Positions 57,014-64,000 of a DNA stretch of 64,000 nt are shown here, piece by piece. The stretch's first letter is position 1; each line of letters opens with the position of its first letter. The notes beneath the pieces are model-generated. The model did not search any database, was not told the origin of the DNA, and was given only the letters and a program-made list of their open reading frames with translations. Source of the DNA: Candidatus Bathyarchaeota archaeon (lineage in GTDB: Archaea; Thermoproteota; Bathyarchaeia; Bathyarchaeales; Bathycorpusculaceae); contig CAVTZU010000018.1 in assembly GCA_963739305.1 (NCBI GenBank), positions 32,001-96,000 on the forward strand, read 5' to 3'. Made by a program: the position numbers and the translations under genes.

Positions 57014-58888
57014 TTAAGCCTGTCTCTTCCTCACTTTTTCCAACGCTTTATCAACGTCTCTTAACCCTAGCTTCACCAGCATCTCCGAAGACGGCACACC
57101 GTTCCTGTCCCAACCCACAGCTCTATAGTACCTGTGCTTGTACTTCTCCACCGCCTTCCTGTCCGTCGTCTTACCCTTCTCAGGCCCAGAAGGCAAGGGC
57201 TCATAAAACCTCGGCGGGTTAACATCATCAACCCTCGAATCCCACGTGACATCCGGACCGCCCAGCAGCAACAACGCTCTCTGAAGCTGCAGCGTCTTCA
57301 ACCCCCTCATATTGCACCACTCCTTCCGAGTCAACCTCACCCCGGTCACGGCAAAATAGAAATCAAAAATCGCGTTCCTCGAACCCGAAAAACTGTTGAA
57401 GCTACAGAAAACACCCGAATCATTCAATATCTCCATCAACTCGCTCCTGTCCAAGGGCAACCCGGTTAACGACGTGTGATCCCCACCCTGCACTCCGCAC
57501 GCGTAAGAAACTATCTCAGGAAAATCCTTCCCGCTCCGCGTCCCATGCGCACCGATGCTTATCCCCTTAGAATGCACGACGTACGGCAACAAATTCATCT
57601 TCTTCATCTCCCCAAGCTTCAGTGCCGCACGATACGTTCCCTCAGCCAACACGTCCCCTATACCTTGCCTGAAAGCGATCTTCTTCGCCAGGGCAGCAAA
57701 CGCATCAGTATTGCCCCACTCAAGCCTCAACCCATCAACGTCTTTCTCCTTCAATATTCCCCGTTGAAAAAGCTCAGCTGCAAACCCCATCACACTGCCC
57801 GTTTGAATACCACACAGCCCCAGGTCATCAACCAGAGACGTCAAATACACGTTGTCCTCAGGAACAAAAATGCCCAAGTTAGCCCCCAAATACGCCTGCA
57901 TCTCATAATCCGGGTTATCCGTTATCGCACCCTTGTACTTCCCACTGTTTACAACAGCAAGCTTCAAACAAGTGGTCGGACAACCAAAATCCCCCCAGTA
58001 CTGCTTCATCCAAAAGCGATTCTCAAACTTGTCAACTCCATAACCCCTCTCATCATGCCACTCCTCTTGCCAATTCCGCACCGGCTCCGAACTGCTATTA
58101 GCCCCAAAAGAATAACCGCCGCCACCTGTTCCCCAACGCCTCCACATCTCACTCTCATACACTCCCCTGCACACGCTCTTGATCAACCTCTTAACCTTCC
58201 CCATGTCCGCCGCTTCAGGCAAAGGACCCGTCCCCTTAACCACCACAGCCTTCAATCGTTTAGAACCCATAACCGCCCCATAACCACCGTAACCCGCAGC
58301 ATGCGACCACTTCGTCATAACGACAGCCGTACGCACCTTGTTCTCACCCGCAGGACCAACGTAAAGCATCGCCGGTTCCTTCCACTCTCCAAATCGCTTG
58401 TACCGCTCGTTCAGAAGCCCCCTGCACTCCTTCGTCAAGACGGCAACGGTCTGCTTCCCATCGTTCCCCCAAACATGACTCGCATCCCGAAGCTCAACGT
58501 CAGAATCCTTAACCATCAAATAAACAGGCTTTTCCGACTCACCGCTAACGATCACGCCGTCATAACCAGCACACCTCAACTCAACACCAAACTCGCCGGA
58601 AAGAGTGGAACCAACAACACCATTGCTCTGCGGAGACTTACCAGACACGCAGGTTCTACCGCCAGGGAAGTAACCCGTGAGCGGCCCAGTCAAGAATAGT
58701 AGAACATTCTCAGGCCCAAGAGGGTCCACTTTCTCCCATCTACTACCCAACCTGTCCCACAGGATCTTTGTGGCTAACCCTCTGCCCCCAACATAATCCC
58801 TCAAGACCTCGTCCTTAAACCTCGTCTCCTTAATCGCTCCATAAGCAAGGTCCACATCAAGAAACTTGCCAGCATAACCACGAATCAC
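57014..58888 (-). CDS. Tungsten aldehyde:ferredoxin oxidoreductase family large subunit
   Basis: GGRGL, KSP, GYGAVMGSKRLKA, DFGCPTTC, PDYE, GVFC. Confidence 0.92.
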   Translation of the reverse strand: MIRGYAGKFLDVDLAYGAIKETRFKDEVLRDYVGGRGLATKILWDRLGSRWEKVDPLGPENVLLFLTGPLTGYFPGGRTCVSGKSPQSNGVVGSTLSGEFGVELRCAGYDGVIVSGESEKPVYLMVKDSDVELRDASHVWGNDGKQTVAVLTKECRGLLNERYKRFGEWKEPAMLYVGPAGENKVRTAVVMTKWSHAAGYGGYGAVMGSKRLKAVVVKGTGPLPEAADMGKVKRLIKSVCRGVYESEMWRRWGTGGGGYSFGANSSSEPVRNWQEEWHDERGYGVDKFENRFWMKQYWGDFGCPTTCLKLAVVNSGKYKGAITDNPDYEMQAYLGANLGIFVPEDNVYLTSLVDDLGLCGIQTGSVMGFAAELFQRGILKEKDVDGLRLEWGNTDAFAALAKKIAFRQGIGDVLAEGTYRAALKLGEMKKMNLLPYVVHSKGISIGAHGTRSGKDFPEIVSYACGVQGGDHTSLTGLPLDRSELMEILNDSGVFCSFNSFSGSRNAIFDFYFAVTGVRLTRKEWCNMRGLKTLQLQRALLLLGGPDVTWDSRVDDVNPPRFYEPLPSGPEKGKTTDRKAVEKYKHRYYRAVGWDRNGVPSSEMLVKLGLRDVDKALEKVRKRQA

Positions 58889-59415
58889 AGATACTCCTCC
58901 CCCTGATCGCCGTAGAACCTCGCAGCCAAATCCCTCGTCACCTCATCCGGCTTACGAGCATACAGCCGATACGACGTCTCATCCCGTCTTTCCACGACTC
59001 GTAACACGTTCCAACTGCCCTCTCGACAAACTTTTACACACTGCGGATCACCACCACAAAGATCACATATGACAATATGCTTCTCCTTCGGATGCATATG
59101 CGGAATCCTGCCAGGACAAGCATCAATACACTTGCCACAGGCAATACACTTTTCATTATTCACCAGCACGGCAGCCGTCCTCTTGCTAACAGACAAGGCC
59201 TCAACAGGACACGACTTCACACACGGATAATCTTCACACTGCGTACAAAAGTGAGGAAACTCAAGCCCCGGAACCAACATGAAAACCCTTATCATCGACG
59301 CGTCAGGCCACACACGGTTCTCATGATACAACGAACAAGCTATCTCGCACTTTCTGCAGCCGCTGCACCTGGCCAACTCTCTCGCTATCCAAATGGCCTC
59401 TCTCTTCGCCGTCAA
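58885..59415 (-). CDS. Multi-[4Fe-4S] small subunit paired with the AOR-family enzyme
   Basis: CSGCRKCEIAC, CTQC...C, CIACGKCIDACP, CDLCGGDPQC; overlaps the large-subunit start. Confidence 0.92.
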   Translation of the reverse strand: MTAKREAIWIARELARCSGCRKCEIACSLYHENRVWPDASMIRVFMLVPGLEFPHFCTQCEDYPCVKSCPVEALSVSKRTAAVLVNNEKCIACGKCIDACPGRIPHMHPKEKHIVICDLCGGDPQCVKVCREGSWNVLRVVERRDETSYRLYARKPDEVTRDLAARFYGDQGEEYL

Positions 59416-59539
59416 CGCTCAAACCCCCGAACGTTCAGCTTTTTCTAACATACCCTCTGATTTAAGTTTGATGCCCACGAATTCATTCTGAAGAGTTTCT
59501 AGCTGAAGAGACGTTACCTAAACGATTCGAGCTTATTAG

Positions 59540-60157
59540 TTGGGTTTGTTAACAAAAGGTTCGGGGCGCACCGGACTGGAGTACATTCTCGAAGTTCTAA
59601 CCATTCTCACAACGTCCTTCTTACTCAACATAATACCTTTTGCCGGACCATCAAACCTCTTCATAGCCTCAAGCGCAGCTGCCGTAACCAACGCTGAACC
59701 CTTCACAATCGGATTGGCTGTGGCGTTCGGATCAGCCTCAGCAAAGTTCATTCATTACATCGTAACATTCTTTGCGGGAAAATACATCGGTAAAGAACGA
59801 AGAAAACGATTGGACGCAGCAGCCCTAAAACTAAGAAAATGGGCTATGCCTGCTCTCTTCATAGTTGCTGCAACGCCCCTCCCAGATGAACCTGTGATCA
59901 TACCGCTTGGTCTTCTGAGATACAACCCTGGGAAACTCTTCTTGGCCTATTTCGCGGGCAAACTGCTCGTAGGAGTCGTCGGTGCCTACCTCGGAAAATT
60001 TGCACACGAAATGTTCAGGCCAATCATAAGCGATGAAGCCTTAATAATCATCTCCATCGCAGCCACAATCATAGTGACAATCATACTGCTAAAGATCGAC
60101 GTCACAAAACTGGCTGAAAGGATACTTAAAAGGAAAATAGAAACAATACCAGAATAG
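59540..60157 (+). CDS. VTT/DedA (SNARE-associated) family membrane protein
   Basis: IPFAGP, ATPLPDE, GK; true start may be CTG 59576. Confidence 0.85.
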   Translation: MGLLTKGSGRTGLEYILEVLTILTTSFLLNIIPFAGPSNLFIASSAAAVTNAEPFTIGLAVAFGSASAKFIHYIVTFFAGKYIGKERRKRLDAAALKLRKWAMPALFIVAATPLPDEPVIIPLGLLRYNPGKLFLAYFAGKLLVGVVGAYLGKFAHEMFRPIISDEALIIISIAATIIVTIILLKIDVTKLAERILKRKIETIPE

Positions 60158-60166
60158 GTGGGATAA

Positions 60167-61456
60167 ATGAGAATAATAGCTGATCTGCACATACACGGAC
60201 CCTACAGTCGAGGTACCAGTGAACGAATGTGCCTCGAAGAAATCGCTCGATTCGCCAGAATCAAGGGCTTGTCTATCATTGGAACAGGAGACTTCACTCA
60301 CCCTAAATGGTATAATGAACTGAAAAACAAGCTTGTCCTGGACCCCGAAACAAGTCTCTACAGACTCAGCGTTGACCCTGCAACGCCCATCCGCTTCATG
60401 ATAACAACAGAAGTCAACACGGCCTTCTCCCATAACAACGAACTAAAAAAAGTCCACCACGTCATCCTCACGCCAAACCTTGAAACCGCAGATCAAATCA
60501 ACTACAGACTGTCCAAATACGGAAATCTACAGGCAGACGGACGGCCAACACTGAACGTTACGCCGCCTACGCTGGTTGAAGAAGTCATGGAAACGTCAAA
60601 GGACAACATGATATTTCCAGCTCACGCATGGACCCCCTGGTTCAGCATATTCGGTGCCTTCAGCGGGTTCGACGGCGTTGAAGATTGCTATGAAGACATG
60701 ACCAAACACATCCACGCTTTGGAGACTGGTCTCTCGTCAGATCCACCTATGAACTGGCGTGTCAGCAAACTCGATAAGTTCACTCTTGTCTCAAACAGCG
60801 ACAGTCACAGTTTCTGGCCTTGGCGCATCGGCAGAGAGGCTAACGTGTTCGAACTGAAAAAACCCACATACGGGGAAATCATTGAGTCCATTCGAATGAA
60901 GGACAGTAGCCGCTTCAAATTCACGATAGAAACAGATCCGGCTTATGGCAAGTACCATTGGACTGGACACAGAAACTGCAATGTCGCCCTTTCAGCCAAA
61001 GATGCAATGAAGTTCGCCAACATTTGTCCCGTCTGCCGCAGAAGGCTCACAAAAGGCGTCGAACAGCGAGTCGAAGAACTCGCTGATCGCCCCAACGACT
61101 ACAGACCCAACAACACGATTGGTTGCATGCATCTCCTGCCGCTATCGGAGATCATTGCAGCAGTTCAGGGAAGCGATTCTCCCTCAACTCAAAAAATCTG
61201 GAACTTATATAATTCGCTGATCCAAAAGTTTGGTGACGAATATAGGGTCCTGATTGACGCGCCAAAAGAAGCAATAAGCTCCATTGTAGACGAGTGTATC
61301 GCCGAGACAATCCTCAGGGTTCGACAACGAACAGCCGAGGTTATCCCGGGGTATGATGGCGTCTACGGAAAACTTGTCGTTCCATCGCAATTCGCTCAAC
61401 CCAAAACTGTTTCCCGAAGAGTACAACAGTTAAACCTTACCGACTTCGCTTCGTAG
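60167..61456 (+). CDS. endoQ: Endonuclease Q
   Basis: DLHIH, GTGDFTHP, PAHAWTPW, ETGLS, SNSDSH, GKYH, CPVC, GV..RV, PGYDGVYG. Confidence 0.93.
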   Translation: MRIIADLHIHGPYSRGTSERMCLEEIARFARIKGLSIIGTGDFTHPKWYNELKNKLVLDPETSLYRLSVDPATPIRFMITTEVNTAFSHNNELKKVHHVILTPNLETADQINYRLSKYGNLQADGRPTLNVTPPTLVEEVMETSKDNMIFPAHAWTPWFSIFGAFSGFDGVEDCYEDMTKHIHALETGLSSDPPMNWRVSKLDKFTLVSNSDSHSFWPWRIGREANVFELKKPTYGEIIESIRMKDSSRFKFTIETDPAYGKYHWTGHRNCNVALSAKDAMKFANICPVCRRRLTKGVEQRVEELADRPNDYRPNNTIGCMHLLPLSEIIAAVQGSDSPSTQKIWNLYNSLIQKFGDEYRVLIDAPKEAISSIVDECIAETILRVRQRTAEVIPGYDGVYGKLVVPSQFAQPKTVSRRVQQLNLTDFAS

Positions 61457-61547
61457 CCTCTTCATCATGCCTTTTCTGTATACCTGCTATGCAAGTGTAC
61501 AAGAACGCTTATTAAGTCGTGATAAACCAGATAGTCTCGGTAATCCG

Positions 61548-61874
61548 ATGCAGCAATCAAAAGCCACAGACGACAAAGTCACGAAAATCATCGATCACGT
61601 TCTAACCCAGATATTTGGAAAAGAAGCTTCGGCTCTCATCTACAAACACCTCGAGCGCAAATACTCGGTCAAGCGTTCCGAAGTCGGAGACAAACTCGAA
61701 CTCTTCGCAGAAGGTCTTGAGGATTTTCTGAAGTCCGGTGCCTACGTCATTGAGAGGAAAATACTAGAAGACATCTGGTCAAACTATGGTGCCGTTCAGA
61801 GACTTCAAATGGAAAAACCGAGACGTGAAGGAAGTTTTGCAAGTGAAGTTAAAGTTCTTTTGAGGGAAGCATAA
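61548..61874 (+). CDS. DUF3227/NitrOD5-like small protein
   Basis: L.QIFG...LIY.HL...F.EGL...GAYVIE..I pattern; CTTATTAAG box at 61508 favours ATG 61548. Confidence 0.7.
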   Translation: MQQSKATDDKVTKIIDHVLTQIFGKEASALIYKHLERKYSVKRSEVGDKLELFAEGLEDFLKSGAYVIERKILEDIWSNYGAVQRLQMEKPRREGSFASEVKVLLREA

Positions 61875-62029
61875 CTAAACCTCTCGTTTTACGAGACAAG
61901 TTACATCAACATTATGTCTTCCTAGTTTTCATTTGCACAATGAACTTCCCGACAGACTACTCATTGGATAGTGATTGCAGAAAACCTTAAACTTATCGGA
62001 AAACAAATAACTCGGGCCTTTATTACAGC

Positions 62030-62989
62030 ATGGAGAAGGCGCAAAGCTTGGGTGCGAAAGGAATCAAGGAAGCATTGCTGAAGTACAATACACCTCGGAG
62101 AATAGTCCAACTGCTATCATTCATCTTATTCAGCGCAATTATCTTCAATCTCGGCGTGTTACCACTTCTGTTTCCTGTCCTTTGGACGTGGGGTCTCAGG
62201 ACGAACACAGTTGGAGATGCCTTCACGGCAATTCAATTCATGTTCAGCGGATGGAACTCTGCCTTCGTTTTGTTTCCTTGGATAGCACTCGCTTCATTTC
62301 TAATAGTCGGCGTACTTGTCGGCAAGTCACTCTGTGGGTGGGTGTGCCCTTTCGGTTTTGTTCAAGATTTAGTCGGCTATGTCCGTCGGAAGCAGACTGA
62401 CCTGTCAGCTCGTACACACGACACTTTAGTCTATGGGAAATATGTTGTTTTAGCCATCGCCCTGTTTATCAGTGTGACTTACTCGGCTGCAAGGTCAATC
62501 GGTGAAGACGCCGGATACGGACAGGCAATAGGCATTTTCGCTCAGGCTCCATTTACGGCTTTGAGCCCATCAGAAGTTCTATTCTCAACTCTGCCAAAAA
62601 TGGCTCAAGGCTTTCGTTTTTCAGGGTGGGAGAACTTGGGATCAGACCTGTTGTATGGAGTTTCGATTTTGCCACCGCTCTTCTGGGTTCAGTTCGCGAT
62701 AATGGTAATCGTGCTGGTTTTTGCAGTTTATGTTCCTAGAAGTTGGTGCAGGTATCTATGCCCACACGGAGCTTTTATGGCGATAATGAACAGGTTCAGC
62801 TTCGTGGGTTTGCGTCGAGAGCCATTCAAGTGTGAGAAGGGCGCATGCCGTTCGTGTGTTCAGGTGTGCCCGACTCGCGTTCCAATTCTCGATCTTCCAT
62901 GGGAAAAATTCAGTCACCCGGAATGCATCTACTGCATGAAATGCGCGGACGCATGCCCTCACAGCGCAATCAAGCCAACGTATCCTTGA
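62030..62989 (+). CDS. NapH/MauN-like membrane polyferredoxin
   Basis: CGWVCPFG, WCRYLCPHG, two CxxCxxCxxxCP-like motifs, TM segments. Confidence 0.88.
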   Translation: MEKAQSLGAKGIKEALLKYNTPRRIVQLLSFILFSAIIFNLGVLPLLFPVLWTWGLRTNTVGDAFTAIQFMFSGWNSAFVLFPWIALASFLIVGVLVGKSLCGWVCPFGFVQDLVGYVRRKQTDLSARTHDTLVYGKYVVLAIALFISVTYSAARSIGEDAGYGQAIGIFAQAPFTALSPSEVLFSTLPKMAQGFRFSGWENLGSDLLYGVSILPPLFWVQFAIMVIVLVFAVYVPRSWCRYLCPHGAFMAIMNRFSFVGLRREPFKCEKGACRSCVQVCPTRVPILDLPWEKFSHPECIYCMKCADACPHSAIKPTYP

Positions 62990-63005
62990 CTTTTTGGCAC
63001 TTTTT

Positions 63006-64000
63006 TCAACCCCTCTTTGGAGCCCAGAAACTTTTTGAATATTCAGTGAGGACAGCTGTGTAAATGTCTTCAGTTTGTTGGGCGATCTTGACCCAGTTAT
63101 ATTTTTCCTGGATTTTCTTGTAGGCGTTGTCTCTCAAACGGTTCGCGTTTTTCTCATCGGTCAATACTCGAATTATTCCCCATGCCAGTGAATCAGGATT
63201 ACCAGTGTAAACTTTCACGCCGTCTACGTCGTGGTCCACTATCTCTGCCAGACCACCCGTGTCGGAAACTACGACGGGACTTCGTCCTGCCATTGCTTCG
63301 AGTGCAACAATGCCGAAGGGCTCAAAGAGAGAGGGCACGACAGAGACGTTGGCACATGTCTGAAGTCTTCTAAGCGTATCATCATCAACGAACCCAGTGA
63401 ATAAGACCTTCTGAGATATTCCCAGATTCTTGACGAGGCCTGAAAGCTGTTCTTTCATGTAGCCATTGCCCACGATTATGAATTTGGCGTCTATTTTATC
63501 CAGAACTTTTGGAATCGCATTGACCAGCACCTGGACTCCTTTTTCGTAGACCAGTCTGCCCACAAATAGGACGATCTCTTCACTGGGTAGTGCAAATTTG
63601 CTTCTGAACGGACCTAAGTCTTCATTTTGGATTTGTGCGTAAACATCGGTGTTAACACCGTTTGGTATCATGACTTGCTTGTCTCCGGGGAGGCCAAAAG
63701 CCCAACGAACGTGTGAAACCATGTAGTCACTGCAGCATATCACCTTCCATGCTTCATAGGTTAGCCATGCTTCTGTTTCATGGATCATTCTTTCATAGTC
63801 AAAATGAATTCCATTCCTCCGTCCGATCTCAGTAGAATGCATCGTCACGAAGAGTGGTTTCCTGAAAACATGTTTTAGCCCAATTCCTGCGGTTGCAACA
63901 AGCCAGTCATGAGCATGCACAACGTCAACATCTCCACCTAAATTCGCGATTATAGCTGCAGCTTCTTTCTGCATGTTTACGTTCATTAGATAAACCCAAG
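63006..64000 (-). CDS. GT4-family glycosyltransferase (glycogen synthase-like), 5'-partial
   Basis: HAHDW, HSTE.GR, FVGRLVYEKG, EPFGIVALEAM. Confidence 0.92.
   Translation of the reverse strand, partial: WVYLMNVNMQKEAAAIIANLGGDVDVVHAHDWLVATAGIGLKHVFRKPLFVTMHSTEIGRRNGIHFDYERMIHETEAWLTYEAWKVICCSDYMVSHVRWAFGLPGDKQVMIPNGVNTDVYAQIQNEDLGPFRSKFALPSEEIVLFVGRLVYEKGVQVLVNAIPKVLDKIDAKFIIVGNGYMKEQLSGLVKNLGISQKVLFTGFVDDDTLRRLQTCANVSVVPSLFEPFGIVALEAMAGRSPVVVSDTGGLAEIVDHDVDGVKVYTGNPDSLAWGIIRVLTDEKNANRLRDNAYKKIQEKYNWVKIAQQTEDIYTAVLTEYSKSFWAPKRG

Noticed and set aside
57476-58699. 407-aa plus-strand ORF
   Set aside because: Antisense shadow of the AOR gene; C/A skew depletes stop codons; no recognisable motifs
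1-64000. CRISPR array, IS elements, rRNA, prophage
   Set aside because: No regularly spaced identical repeats, transposase, rRNA or viral hallmark genes were seen
63006-64000. GT4 genes at both window ends as a sign of circularity or duplication
   Set aside because: They are divergent paralogs on opposite strands, both 5'-truncated by the window edges

Overview
Archaeal chromosomal window, most likely Bathyarchaeia (TACK). This is inferred from archaeal-type TFE, Trm56, aMBF1, NAC, Hel308, EndoQ, ThrRS/ProRS and apgM, tungsten AORs, NosD-repeat surface proteins and frequent TTG/GTG starts. It contains housekeeping genes, the conserved mbf1-hflX-trm56-tfe-HD-DUF2110 string, amino-acid fermentation genes (ilvE, a class I aminotransferase, tdh-kbl, an FAD amine oxidoreductase, two AORs), an Fe-S assembly operon, a surface-glycan locus (about 13.7-27.8 kb) with an AT-richer core, and tRNA-Val(TAC) followed by a small accessory region. 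Most notable: (1) an Fe-S operon whose IscS has lost most substrate-binding and catalytic residues but kept the PLP Lys and the persulfide Cys, placed with IscU, a canonical SufS and a stand-alone ThiF-C-terminal-like small protein; (2) a full-length ribophorin I (RPN1/Ost1)-like membrane protein; (3) two unannotated tandem Lys-rich micro-ORFs interleaved with a repeated covarying hairpin; (4) a CcdA-like ORF reading antisense into tRNA-Val, possibly the N-fragment of a split integrase; (5) a candidate structured ncRNA; (6) probable ACG/CTG start codons. Several genes carry single-base frameshifts and one region is garbled, most simply explained by sequencing or assembly error. All family assignments come from motif recognition and recalled reference sequences; no searches were run.
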